This document shows positions 52,501 through 63,095 of a DNA stretch of 64,000 nucleotides, in pieces (within the stretch, counting starts at the first letter, position 1; each line of letters starts with the position of its first letter). Where the stretch lies: contig CAVYYI010000001.1 of NCBI GenBank assembly GCA_963772725.1, forward strand, positions 192,001-256,000, in the 5' to 3' direction. Source of the stretch: an uncultured Phycisphaerales bacterium. GTDB taxonomy: Bacteria > Planctomycetota > Phycisphaerae > Sedimentisphaerales > Anaerobacaceae. The notes under the pieces are model-generated. The model was not told the DNA's origin. It saw only the letters and a list, made by a program, of their open reading frames with translations, and ran no database searches. Made by a program: the position numbers and the translations under genes.

Positions 52501-54456
52501 AAAATCTATACCAATTATCCTGACAGGCCTGTAACCACGATTGACCTCTCCGGAAAGGGACTTAGTCCGGGCGGAACCAGCGTAATTTATGTTTCGCCGA
52601 CCGGGAACGACGCCAATACAGGCGAGTCGTGGGGCGAGGCCTTGGCTACAATATCTGCCGCCATAGAGACCTTGCCGAGTGAAGGCGGGAATATCTGGGT
52701 TAAAAAAGGTACTTATAATTTGACTGAAACCATTACAGTATCTAACTTTGCTAAACTTTACGGCGGTTTCACGGGCACTGAATCCAGCCTTACAGAGCGG
52801 GATATTTCAAAGATATTTACCGACAATGCTGCGACTCTTAATATGACCGCAAATGCTAAAAGGGTTATGAATATTGATACGGTCAACAACGTTTGCGTTG
52901 ACGGTTTCATTCTTAAAGGTGCAGCTAATGTCAGCGGCGGCGGGGCAGGACTGCGGCTGTCTCAGTGCTCCGGTTCAGTGGTTGTACAAAACTGCCAAAT
53001 AACGGGTAATTCCGACTCATCTGCCGATGGTGCCGGGGCAGGCGTCCGCATGGTCTCATCTAATGTGGCTTTTATTAACTGTGAGATTACCAATAATTTA
53101 TCTCAAAGCACTATTGGCGGCGGTGGTATGTATTTCGATAGCACTTCAACGGCAGTTTTAACCGATTGCGCTATCAGCGGAAACAAAACCAATGCCAATA
53201 ATGGCGGAGGAATCTACATCAATGCTTCCGCAACGCCTGTTCGTTTTGAGAACTGCCGAATCAGCAATAATTCTTCAGCATTATGCGGTGGCGGTATCTA
53301 CGCGGTTGGTTCCCTTACTCTGAAGGATTGTATCTTAACGGATAATCTCGTCCGGGCAGCTACCGCCGAATCGTATGGCGGCGGCGGTATTTATCTAAAT
53401 TCCGGCAGCGCAAATGTAAACATTGATAACTGTGTATTCAGCGGTAATTATGTCAATGCTGCTTCTTCCGGCAGGGGAGGCGGCGGGGCGATGCAGTTTA
53501 AAAACTGGTCAACTATATCGGTTACAAACAGCCTCTTTACCGGCAATCGTGTTTCAGGCGAAACTCAAACGCGGGGTGGCGCCATTTATTTTCGTGAAGG
53601 CACAAGTACTGTTACAATCAGGAACTGCACGCTCGACGACAATTATGTTGGAAACGATGGCGGCGGTATTAACGTCCGCTCCGGCAATGTAAATCTGATT
53701 AACACGATTCTGACCAATAACGATAAGCAGGCCTTTCATGTCTGGTTTGACGGTACATCAACCGAGTCTGCCAATCTTTATTATAACAATGGTACTGATG
53801 GTACGCCTGTCGCTGACCCCCTGTATGTCTGCCGCTCCGTTTCTGCTGTAACAGGTACATGGTCAAGTGTCGCCAGTTTCGTTCCTAACGCACTTACTGG
53901 TCTTGGGACAACAGTTCTTACAGCCAATGGAACTCCTTTTACAGGTCTGCAGTTCATCGGTATGTTAATCAATCCCGACATAACTCAGAAGCGTCAGGCG
54001 TTAATACTCTCGAACACTAATAATACCGTTACCGTAGAAGGTAACGGCGCTGCTGATTATGGTGTAAGTGCCGGTGATAGTTTCAGAGTTATTGACAATC
54101 ATGAGTGTTCTGTGGCCGGCAGATTTAATTTTGTTGCAGGTTTATGGCAGACCGATACTGTCCATAGTTCGGCTATTGATACCGGCGATGCGAATTACAC
54201 GTGGGTTGGCGAATTGTGGCCTCATGGAAAGCATATAAATAAAGGCGCCTATGGCGGCACTCCGCAGGCAAGTATGTCAACTTCGAGTGTGGGCAATAAG
54301 GCAGATTTTAACAATGACGACGACGTTGATTATATTGACCTTGCCCGTTTAGCCGATAAATGGCTTATAGAGGAAATTCTTTTGGCTGAGGATTTGAATC
54401 GTGATGGTAAAGTTGATTTCTTGGATTTTGCGATTTTCGTTGAAGACTGGCAATGA
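49516..54456 (+). CDS. modular protein B: uncharacterised ~900-aa domain X + Ig-like + beta-helix + dockerin-like tail
   Basis: Intact 1646-aa ORF with a signal peptide. The N-terminal domain is paralogous to 58920-61630. The C-terminal ~735 aa are paralogous to protein A. Confidence 0.8.
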   Translation: MRLLQKITITLFLLVPNAVFAVVIENDQYRLEQTSNSSIAVTHKSSGLSVVFTPTFTVFFGTSDPNYVPTYTTVTDPVSVRTSSWNGDMNFFNAPGAKTTITCNGYSLVSGKIHWTFASQANFDLSADVETGTGTIEPKVTVTMTPKTTGYFSIGFAGTPAVAFSSTDWIWQPLVWQGKRIPGKSYLTSEFECSIGGTLMGYSGKTVGVTAAPAEMTFRLPTRENSLFGALLRNSAGQAQPMVFAPIYGGPNSNRTTGSVFTFGYHFFVRPGNWYENYEYLGYNLYGFSDYRENARCSLNQTIDNMVDFIMNTTGNNYSYWYPEQKTNGYQQDMAGSGRQQSAACELSLAMVRDNQQIYEQRSLPTIEYFTSRNSSTIVLDGSTPYMDGPTGTVEDWCALSLLSGKRCYIFQKIATDFAGSLLSRINPSTTYTRTQALDNAKNYLRSLIAMYRMTGIAEYLDDAKKAADDYIYWRINREPIDFYDMDSSFWIEIGPIWDALEQIYNETGRTDYLNATIAAIKQRTAFNYLTPPIPNTNVTVDGETVPAWRVSSTGLNAECGGTAHSHRGIFMMPEAGPMLRMAYRSGDTLLRDIARAAVVGRYANYPGYTYRDRLRLEFTRPDYPLRWFEDYVNTAHYNHPLPMCLYTIDFLVSDFLARSAGAISFPCRYSSTGAYFRNQIYGDRPGSFYGDSGVWLWLPKALVTTNNIQLNYIAGYGNGKLYLAFANQSKSPVTTTVTLNNSLIPYGTSHSAAVWQQNVPAGTTTVVNGQVTVNVAADGITALAIDGINIRPFFQSKYTYASSYTLPSQSYQSTTTSYGKVTGSIISFSRSLTSSHVWLGADTSQLQRATLHYSTGAAWQQITDSTYPFEFTIPLDASVPNFTFYIEGLKVGGATENSSTLTLPVFTVPHWTVGSIAFPDVVAGAPVGEANDVLIENDTPGNLVFTGSGLEITGDDANNFSYQISSTNPIPSGQTRTVSVTFRPLMRGSKNAQLKIYTNYPDRPVTTIDLSGKGLSPGGTSVIYVSPTGNDANTGESWGEALATISAAIETLPSEGGNIWVKKGTYNLTETITVSNFAKLYGGFTGTESSLTERDISKIFTDNAATLNMTANAKRVMNIDTVNNVCVDGFILKGAANVSGGGAGLRLSQCSGSVVVQNCQITGNSDSSADGAGAGVRMVSSNVAFINCEITNNLSQSTIGGGGMYFDSTSTAVLTDCAISGNKTNANNGGGIYINASATPVRFENCRISNNSSALCGGGIYAVGSLTLKDCILTDNLVRAATAESYGGGGIYLNSGSANVNIDNCVFSGNYVNAASSGRGGGGAMQFKNWSTISVTNSLFTGNRVSGETQTRGGAIYFREGTSTVTIRNCTLDDNYVGNDGGGINVRSGNVNLINTILTNNDKQAFHVWFDGTSTESANLYYNNGTDGTPVADPLYVCRSVSAVTGTWSSVASFVPNALTGLGTTVLTANGTPFTGLQFIGMLINPDITQKRQALILSNTNNTVTVEGNGAADYGVSAGDSFRVIDNHECSVAGRFNFVAGLWQTDTVHSSAIDTGDANYTWVGELWPHGKHINKGAYGGTPQASMSTSSVGNKADFNNDDDVDYIDLARLADKWLIEEILLAEDLNRDGKVDFLDFAIFVEDWQ
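52249..54456 (+). repeat. ~2.2-kb diverged repeat (C-terminal chassis of protein B)
   Basis: Collinear with 44694-46913. Confidence 0.92.
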
Positions 54457-57400
54457 ATAAAACAAACACAATATTTTTTTTAGTCTGTTTTTTCCTGTTT
54501 TGCTCTTCCTCACAGGCACAGCGATGGTATGTAAATGCCGCTGTTTCATCCAGCGGAAACGGCACTTCCTGGGGGGCAACTTTTAAGACAATAGATGAAG
54601 GTATCACAGCGGCAGTAAATTCAGGCGACGAAGTTTGGGTAAAGGCAGGCAGCTATCAGGTTACACACGCGCTGTCTATTTCAAACGGTGTTTCACTTTA
54701 TGGCGGATTTACCGGCACAGAATCGGATGTCAACGACCGACAGGAAATAAATTTTGCAAATGAAACGTCTATTGTCCAGACTGTGGTAAATACTGCTGTC
54801 ATACAGATTTCCTCCGGTACAAATATAAAGGTAGATGGATTCTCTCTTACAGGCGCATCAAACAAGTCCGGCCTGATACTGAATCAGTGCGGCAATACTG
54901 TAACTTTCCGGAACTGTCAGATTAAAGGCAATACCAGCCCGGATAATGGCGCAGGTGTAAGACTGATTTCAAGCAATCCTGTCTTTTTTAATTGTAAAGT
55001 CAGCGGCAATACCGCGACAGGTACCGCTTCAGGGGGCGGAATTTATATAGATCCTAATTCAGCGGGTTCCTGGACATTTTGTTATATCACTGATAACATA
55101 GTTAACGGCAGTAATGGCGGAAGCGCCTTCATAGAACCGGGAACAGGTTATAATCCATATTTCAGCAGGACAAATTTTATCGCCAACGAATCAGGTACGC
55201 TCGGCAGCGCAATTTACGGCAAAGGTGTCTTTACTGTTAAGGATTGCATGATTACAGCAAACAGAATACGCAGTTCTGCTCCCAGCGGGGCGATTTATCT
55301 TTACGGAACAGGCACAAATGTAACTTTCAGCGGAGAAACTCATAACATCGGCAACGCTTATAACAGCAGCAGTCTTACGGAATATCCCGGTATCAGCGGT
55401 ACAGGCGGTTATACAGTTATAGATACAGCCATTGTCAATGAAACGCTCGGCACCACAAGTTCAAGTGAATTTTTAAGGCCGGATGTAAAGACTGTGATGC
55501 AGGATGTATTTATTCCGGATATGACCGAAGGCAGTCCGGCTCCCGGTAAAAGGGTAAGGCAAACCACACCTCAATATCAGGGAACCGCTGCTTATCATTG
55601 TCTTTATCTTCCGACCGACTGGCAGCCCGGCCATAAATATCCTGTTTTTGTTGATTATCCAGGTAACGGGCCGTTTCGTAACAGGTATGCCGACCGCAGC
55701 GGCGGAATGCCGGAATCGCCACCTACGGGTTTTGGCATATCAGGGGGCAAAGGATTTATCGTAATTGGGATGCCTTATGTTAATTCAAACAACAATATGG
55801 CTCCCACCGGCAGCTGGTGGGGCAATGTTCAGTCAACTATTGATTACTGCATAAAAACTGTTCAATATGTCTGCGATAATTATGGCGGCGACCCCTGTTC
55901 GGTAATTCTTACGGGCTTTTCACGCTCGGCAGTCGGGACGGGTTTTATCGGAAGATATACTGATGCCATTTCAGATTTATGGCTTGCCTTTATTTCTTAC
56001 GATGGCTGGGATGATGAGGATTATATCTTGAATAATACCTACAATTATCCCAACTCATCTTATAATTATGATACAGCCGATTTTAATTATCAAGGCGCAG
56101 TAATAAGATTTGAGCGTATTGCCGGCAGGGCGAACTTTATTCTTAATGCCGGTTGGACCAATAGAGCCGAAGTCCTTAACGTCAACTATAATTTCCCCTT
56201 TACCACCTATGTTAATATATACAGGAATCATAACGCGACATGGTGTTTGCGAGGTACTGCCGAGCGCGCTGTTATTCGCAACTGGGTACAGAGCGTCCTT
56301 CGAGACAGGCCCGGCATACATAGTCTTTCTGGAAAAGTTACTGATATGAGAGGAAACAATGCTGCTGATGTTAATATTACCAAATCAGATTCTTTCCTTG
56401 CAATCACTGATGCAAACGGAAATTATAAGTTCGAAAGATTAATCGCCTATAATAGCACAATCACACCTTCCAAATCAGGTTATTCGTTTCTTCCGCCACA
56501 AAGACAGATATCCGTCATGAACGCGGACAGGGAAAATGTTGATTGGGCCTGCAAGCCGGGAGTGTTTGAACATCTCGATTTTTTAAAAGTTTTCACACCG
56601 CACTGGCTTGAGAATAATATTCAGGATATTAACGGCCAGAGCATCTGTACTTATACTTCGCCTGCCGACGAAGATGGTGACGGCAAAGTTGATTTTAAGG
56701 ATTTCGCGGTTCTATCAAATGCTATTCAACCGGTTGTTATCACAACATCCAATCTTATTCCACCAGCCACTCTGATTGCTGCAGCTTCGGATTATCTTAT
56801 TTCCGGTGTACAGCCGCTCTATGCTGTGAATGGTGCGGGTATGGCCGGCGATTCTCACACAAATGGAACCCCTGTCGGGAATATGTGGATGAGCCTTAAC
56901 AGCAATCTGCCGAAATGGTTTAAGGTTGACCTTGCCGCTACGTACAGGCTCGACTCAATGAAGATTTGGAATTTTAACTTGACCAACTATACAAGTCGCG
57001 GCTGTAAACAGGTTGATATTTACTATTCAGCTTCTGCCGCCGACCCGGGCAATCCGGTTGCTAATCCTGACAATTGGACTGTTTTTGGCACACCTGGTGT
57101 ATTCGAGCTGACACAGGCCCCGGGTGCAAGTGACTATGGTACTACAAATCCGGTTAAGCCTGACCAGATAAATCTTATGGGAATAAGAGCGAGATGGATA
57201 TCGCTAAAAATAAATAGTCATTATGGCGGGAGTTACTGCGGATTGAGCGAGATACAGTTTTTGGGCGAAAGCATGGCATTTCCTGACTGCTGGAACTGTC
57301 CAACGCAGTGTCATGGCGACAGCGACTGTGATACCGATATTGATTATTATGACCTTACGGCTTTCTGTGAATCTTTTGGCGAGCAATACCCCTCCGACAA

Positions 57401-57536
57401 TTATAATCCCTGTAGTGATTTTAACCGCGATGGTATGGTTAACACGCAGGATTGGGCACCATTAAGAGATAATGTTGGCAAGTTTCCTGTCGGCGATTGC
57501 ACGCCCGGCGGAACCTGGCCGCCTCTGGTACCATGA
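54453..57536 (+). CDS. modular protein C: beta-helix + alpha/beta-hydrolase-like domain + carboxypeptidase-regulatory-like Ig + dockerin-like + discoidin/F5-8C-like + Cys-rich dockerin-like
   Basis: Signal peptide and WYVNAA...NGTSW. Hydrolase-like LYLPTDW.PG.KYPV and ILTGFSRS. Ig-like SGKVTD...TDANGNY. Discoidin-like WFKVDL..Y.LD.MKIWN...GLSEIQF. Dockerin-like DEDGDGKVDFKDF and DFNRDGMVN. Confidence 0.7.
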   Translation: MNKTNTIFFLVCFFLFCSSSQAQRWYVNAAVSSSGNGTSWGATFKTIDEGITAAVNSGDEVWVKAGSYQVTHALSISNGVSLYGGFTGTESDVNDRQEINFANETSIVQTVVNTAVIQISSGTNIKVDGFSLTGASNKSGLILNQCGNTVTFRNCQIKGNTSPDNGAGVRLISSNPVFFNCKVSGNTATGTASGGGIYIDPNSAGSWTFCYITDNIVNGSNGGSAFIEPGTGYNPYFSRTNFIANESGTLGSAIYGKGVFTVKDCMITANRIRSSAPSGAIYLYGTGTNVTFSGETHNIGNAYNSSSLTEYPGISGTGGYTVIDTAIVNETLGTTSSSEFLRPDVKTVMQDVFIPDMTEGSPAPGKRVRQTTPQYQGTAAYHCLYLPTDWQPGHKYPVFVDYPGNGPFRNRYADRSGGMPESPPTGFGISGGKGFIVIGMPYVNSNNNMAPTGSWWGNVQSTIDYCIKTVQYVCDNYGGDPCSVILTGFSRSAVGTGFIGRYTDAISDLWLAFISYDGWDDEDYILNNTYNYPNSSYNYDTADFNYQGAVIRFERIAGRANFILNAGWTNRAEVLNVNYNFPFTTYVNIYRNHNATWCLRGTAERAVIRNWVQSVLRDRPGIHSLSGKVTDMRGNNAADVNITKSDSFLAITDANGNYKFERLIAYNSTITPSKSGYSFLPPQRQISVMNADRENVDWACKPGVFEHLDFLKVFTPHWLENNIQDINGQSICTYTSPADEDGDGKVDFKDFAVLSNAIQPVVITTSNLIPPATLIAAASDYLISGVQPLYAVNGAGMAGDSHTNGTPVGNMWMSLNSNLPKWFKVDLAATYRLDSMKIWNFNLTNYTSRGCKQVDIYYSASAADPGNPVANPDNWTVFGTPGVFELTQAPGASDYGTTNPVKPDQINLMGIRARWISLKINSHYGGSYCGLSEIQFLGESMAFPDCWNCPTQCHGDSDCDTDIDYYDLTAFCESFGEQYPSDNYNPCSDFNRDGMVNTQDWAPLRDNVGKFPVGDCTPGGTWPPLVP

Positions 57537-57656
57537 ATTCAGGGGTATATGGCAGGATATAAAGGAAAGTTCATAACAGAGTAAAATTTGAGGTTTATCA
57601 CAAAATTCTGCAATAATTTGTGTTCCAATCTGGTATAATGAGAAGGTGTTGAAAGG

Positions 57657-60600
57657 ATGATGTGTATGTACAAGCGAAGAATCATTACAATAATAGCATT
57701 GATATTGTCTTATTGCGGCAGTATTGCTTCCGCTGTTGTTTACTGGGATAACGATACCGGCAATAAAAGATGGCAGGACGCCCTTAACTGGAGCGGCAAC
57801 GCTGGTCCCACCGCTAATCCGGCTATTGATATTGGGACCCCCAATGGCGTCAATGAGTGTATTATTGGTTCAGGAGTTATCGCAAATGAGCCAGCTTCTT
57901 TATCGATAGGATATAATACCGCCACTGAGGGTGCCTTACTTGTTGATGGCGGAAGTTTGGTTTGTAATGAATTTCTTAATATCGGCTACAAAGGCAAAGG
58001 CACATGCAGATTGAAAAGCGGAAGTATTTCCACGGTATTAGATGATGTGAAACTTGGGGGAAGCGACAACGGCGATGGAATGCTTAACATCGAAGGCGGA
58101 ACAATAACCGTGAAAAGATTTTTCTGTCCGCCTCTCCAGGCAACGGCAAAAGGCACAGTTAATATGAGCGGCGGCCTGATAGTTGTTACCGATTACGACT
58201 TTGGTAAAGGAACCGGCAGCACGCTTATACCAGGTGAATTTACCGTTAATATCAGCGCAGGGACAATCCATCCCACGAGAGATTTTTACGCTGGTAAGGA
58301 CGCCAAATTCACGATGGACATGACCGGCGGTTTGATTCTGGTTGGCGGCGCTTCCGTATTGCCTATGCAGATACTTCAGATGCACTGGTAAATCTTCATG
58401 GAGGTACTATTAATACCATTGGTTTTACAATGAATTCGTCTGCCGTATCGGCTAAATTAGATATTGAGGCGGGTACGCTTATAATAGACGGGAACGTGGT
58501 TTCTACAATTAGTTCTTATGCAGGCAGCAGTATGATAACTGCTTATAATGGGCTTGGCCGACTCCGAGTAGATTACAATGTTAGAAACACCAGCAAAACA
58601 ACCGTTACCGCTTCAATTACACCGGAACCAGCTTACAACCCAAACCCATCTCATAATGCTGTTGGCGTTAATCCTGCAACCAACCTCACATGGACGGCTG
58701 GCAGTGGGACAGTCTCGCATGATGTTTACCTCGGCACAAATCTTAGCGAAGTAACTAATGCTGCCGACCCCAATACTTTACCCGGCAGGGGCAATCAAAC
58801 AGCAACAACATACAACCCGTCTGCCGACCTTGACGCTAACACGACTTACTATTGGCGAATTGATGAACGAAATACTTACGGTGCTACAAAGGGCGACATA
58901 TGGAGTTTCACGACTGAGGAAATTAAAAATTATGTGCTTCAAAACGATGTTTACGGTATTGAACTCCTGCCTGATTTGACTATGAGAGTAACTAACAAGG
59001 CTGCTTCAGTATCAGCAGATTTTGTCCCGAAGTTTACGGTTATATATAGTTCTTCACGACCGACCTTATCGTCAGGCGAGTTGACTGCCGAGTGGCCAAC
59101 GGGCAGAAACCCGTTTCTAACAGGCACTAATTATACAGTTCAGGCATCTGCTTCGCAGGTTGTCGATGGCAATCTGGTTCTGACTTTCCCGGAACAAACA
59201 TATTTTACACTTACCGCATATCTCGGTTTTTCTTCTGATTATGATGAGCCGGTACTTACTTATGCATTAGTATCTAAATCTGCGGGCTGGTTTATGACAG
59301 CTTATACCGGCGCACCGCAGACAAATCCTGCAACCATGGAAATTATTCCTCAGCCAGCAACGTGGAGTGACAACGTCCCCGGCCCTCCAGATGGCCCGGC
59401 GCCTGCATTTCCATCGGAGCCGAAATTCACGCAGGAGTCTCTCTCTACGATTAGTATGGTAATGACAAGAAATAACGGCCTGACCTGTGCGCTGGTCGTT
59501 AACCCTGACTATGTAACTTTCCGGATGCCTCAAAGGTATAATACCGAATTCGGTCTTTGCATCAGGAATCCCTCCGGCAATGCTCAGCCGATTATTCTGG
59601 CGCCGGAAATGGGCATCAGGAACCGAATTTGCCTGTGGATAAAGATTCATATTTGGCTGTCGGAAATACCTTTAACTTCAGCATGCTCTGGCTCGTTGAT
59701 AATAAACAATGGTCGGAAGCATATCGCCATATAGCTACGGGTATTTATAACGTCAGGGACCAGCGGGATAACTCAGGTGCGGGTTCTATGAATAAGTTCC
59801 TGGCTAATATAACCGATTACGCAATGGACGCCGACGGCAACAATTATAATATGTGGGACCCAGAGCAAAAGTGCAATGAGTATTTTACTGATATGCCTTA
59901 TGCGTTTAAGATGTTGGGCGGCCTTTATGCGATAAACGCAGCGATTGTTCTCAACGACAACGAAATGTTCTGGAAACGCGGCTTGCCGCAGGCCGAATAC
60001 GCCCTCAGCAGAGAACATCAGTATTTCCAGCCCTATGATGTTAATTATGGTACACAGATGACCATAAGCAGGGAAATGAATGGTCCGTTTATGTCCGGCA
60101 TAGACCTCGGCAATCTGTACTACCTCACCGGCGGACGCACCACAGCTTTTAAAACGTATTCACAGGAAAAAGGTTTTTCTGCAAGTAATGGATCGTTCCA
60201 GCAGTCGCTGGAGTGGTACCGTCTCTGGGGTAACTCAACCGATTTAACCGCCGCCGTAAACGGCGCATACTGGTCTATCAGCAATCGCTACCATTACTAC
60301 GATTTCCAGAAATTCCTCGAAATCTACAATGAGACCGGCAACCCTGATTTCCTCCAGGCTGCAAAGGATGCTGGTTATCAATTTGTAACTACATTAAATG
60401 CCTGCCCGAGAGTACCAGATGTGAACGTTGTTGTTGACCGGTATAACGCTGCGCCGATACATTGGCATAGTTTCGGCAGACATGTTCTCTGGGGATTTCC
60501 GCCCCCTCTGCCTATGTACGCTCCTGAACAGTCCGTACCTGCATGGCGGCCTGCGGTTACAGGTATGATGCCAGAGGCGTATCGTGCATTTACTTTTTCG

Positions 60601-62049
60601 GAGTATCCCGGCGCATTACTCAGGTTAAGCGATTTGGCAAATGATACTTTCCTTCATGATATGGCCAGATGGGCTTTGGTCGGAAGGTGGGCAAATTACC
60701 CCGGCCAGCAAACTTCCAGGGCACATTCCTTAGTTTGGGAACTTGATGATTTCTGTATGCATCCCCTCCAGTATATGACTTTTACTTCAATGCACTTCTG
60801 GCATCACTGGATGTACTTTGCTTACGCTATTGATTACCTCGTCAGCGATACCATTTATAAAGCCGATGGCAATATCACTTTTCCGCTGCACAGAATGTTC
60901 GACGGGAACGGCAGGATGAATATGTGGGGCGAAAGAACGGGTATTTTCTATGGAGATGAAAATGTCGTTCTTTGGCTGCCGAGAAATCTCCTGACCATAA
61001 GCACGCAGCAGATTAACTACATCGCTGGCTATGGAAACGGCAAACTTTATCTTGCCTTGTCAAACCAGTCCGCAAATGCTCTCAATAATGTTACTATCTC
61101 GCTAAATCCGAATTTGGTCGCCTATGGTTCTGCCCATAAGGCCAAAGTATGGAAAGAAAACATTCGGCAGAATAATATGAGTATTTTTGATGGTTCATTT
61201 ACTGTTGATGTCGCACCCAAAGGTCTTACTGTTCTGGCAATCGAAGATATTACCGTAAAAACCAGCAGAGTTCATACTGAACTTTTCAAATCTGCCGGCC
61301 AGCTCGCACAGGACAGCCTTGCCAGAACCCAGGAACCTTTTGGCAAAATGGTGGGTATGGTTATTTCATTTGGTCCGGAGCAGTCGGAGGCGTACTGTTA
61401 TACCGATGCCAAACCATATTGGCTCGGCGGTGCAAATGACGTTAATTATATCACTATGAACTACTCGATAGACAACGGCCCATGGCAGCAGGTTATAGAC
61501 AGAATTTTCCCGTATGAATTCTCAACTAAGCTCAATCTCAATCAGAATACCCAGAGCTTCAGGTACTATTTCGATGCGTTGACTATTAATAACACACACG
61601 AAATATCCGCCACACGAACATTAAGCCTTGCTGTTACTGTACCTTCGCCGGCTATTTCAGGCAGAGTTACAGACCTCGACGGCACAGGTATTGGCGGCGT
61701 GCTTATTCAGAGCAGCGACTCACAATCCGCCACTACAAATTCCAATGGCTACTATACCATAACAGATGTTTCAAATGGTCTAAAGACCCTGACTGTTTCC
61801 AAAGGAGGATATTCGTTTATTCCTGCGCATCGACCCGTTAATGTCCAGGGCCGCAGCATCGCCAATGTCAACTGGTTCGGCAGAGCCGGCTCACTTGATT
61901 CTTTCGATTACCTCGCTGTACTTGCGGAACATTGGCTTGAAGACAACACTGTTCTTGTTGGCGGCTCGCCTGTTTGTGAAGCTACGCCGCCCGGTGACCT
62001 CGATGAAAACTGCAAGGTTAACTTCCTGGATTTCGCTTTAATACCTTAG
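57657..62049 (+). CDS. modular protein D: Gly-rich domain + Ig/FN3-like + domain X + carboxypeptidase-regulatory-like Ig + dockerin-like (frameshifts near 58350 and 59612)
   Basis: ORFs 57657-58391, 58430-59734 and 59557-62049 join by single-base shifts (…GG/FRIAYADTS…, …APEMG/HQEPNL…). It contains YYWRIDE...GDIWSFTT, domain X motifs and a terminal GDLDENCKVNFLDF. Confidence 0.75.
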
Positions 62050-62051
62050 TA

Positions 62052-63064
62052 ACCTGAACTTTGGATAAGGATATAGAAAAACGGCCTGTCTGCCGAAGGA
62101 AATAATATTGTTGTCACTAAAATATTATTGACCCTTAGGCAAAGGAGGCCGTCAAATGTTGGATTTTACCACATTATTTGTAGATGTCGATGATTGTTGG
62201 AAAGTTTTTCAAAAAATTTATAATAAACACTGCTCGATGATGGAACTATCCGGCGTAACAGGGATTGCAACTTAAGTATCAGTGAGATTATGACTATTAT
62301 AATTGGCTTCCAAACAAGCGGTTTTCGTACTTTTAAGGCATACTATCAGTATGTTCTCAAGCATCACAGATGCGATTTCCCCGATTTGGTCAGCTATGAT
62401 AGATTTGTTTATCTTATTCCCAGGTCAGTTATTCCGATGTTTGTCTATTTACAGAGTTGCGGCATTGATAAACCGACAGGCATCTCTTTTATTGACAGTA
62501 CATCTCTTAAAGTCTGTCATAACAAGCGAATCTGCCGTCACCGCGTTTTTGACGGTTTGGCTGCAATCGGGAAGACCACAATGGGATGGTTTTATGGCTT
62601 TAAGCTTCACCTTATAATAAATGAGTGCGGCGGATTATTGTCTTATCGGCTGACTGCTGGTAATGTTGCTGACAGCCGGATGGCAGAGCCTATGACAAAG
62701 GGTTTGTTTGGAAAGCTCTTTGGAGACAAGGGTTATATAGGCAAAGGCCTGTTTGAAAAGCTACTGAGCAAAGGCGTCAAATTGATAACCAATGTTCGTA
62801 AGAATATGAAATCCTGCCTGATGGAATTGGAGGATAAGATTTTGTTGAGAAAACGTTCACTGATTGAAACCGTAAATGATACGCTGAAAAATGTTTGCCA
62901 GATTGAGCATTCTCGGCATCGCAGCCCGATTAATTTTCTGGCACATTTGTTAGCCGGTCTTGTAGCCTATACGAGACTGCCGAAAAAACCTTCGCTAAAA
63001 ATAGAAAGTATCAAATATCAGTCAGGAAAAAGTGTTTATCTCATTGCTTAAACAAAGTTCAGGT
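62052..63064 (+). mobile_element. IS982-family insertion sequence (1013 bp)
   Basis: IRs ACCTGAACTTTGGATAAG (62052) and CTTAAACAAAGTTCAGGT (ending 63064) match at 16/18. 5-bp direct repeat TAGTA at 62047-62051 and 63065-63069. Confidence 0.88.
62156..63051 (+). CDS. IS982-family transposase (frameshift near 62230)
   Basis: MLDFTTLFVDVDD start after AAGGAGG. Motifs FPDLVSYDRF, IDSTSLKVC, GWFYGFKLH, GDKGY and RKRSLIETV. Confidence 0.9.
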
Positions 63065-63095
63065 TAGTATTATATGAGATAAGCTCTATATCAGG

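Noticed and set aside
44694..54456. 2.2-kb repeat pair, and the prepilin repeats, as diversity-generating retroelement TR/VR
   Set aside because: Both copies are coding, the differences are not adenine-specific, and no reverse transcriptase is visible in the window.
57578..57639. Additional full copy of the operator before protein D
   Set aside because: CACAAAAT lies at the correct 35-bp distance from TATAAT, but the -35 is absent and the distal half-site is 19 rather than 21 bp away. It is kept only as a weak candidate.
3886..62290. About 20 frameshifts (rbbA, TolC, xfp, glgP, pgm, GH106, RCC1 protein, two prepilins, GH95, protein D, IS982) as pseudogenisation or programmed frameshifting
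   Set aside because: They are mostly single-base indels, often in short homopolymers, and are scattered over unrelated genes whose catalytic motifs are otherwise intact. This is the signature of long-read consensus error. Read polishing would decide.
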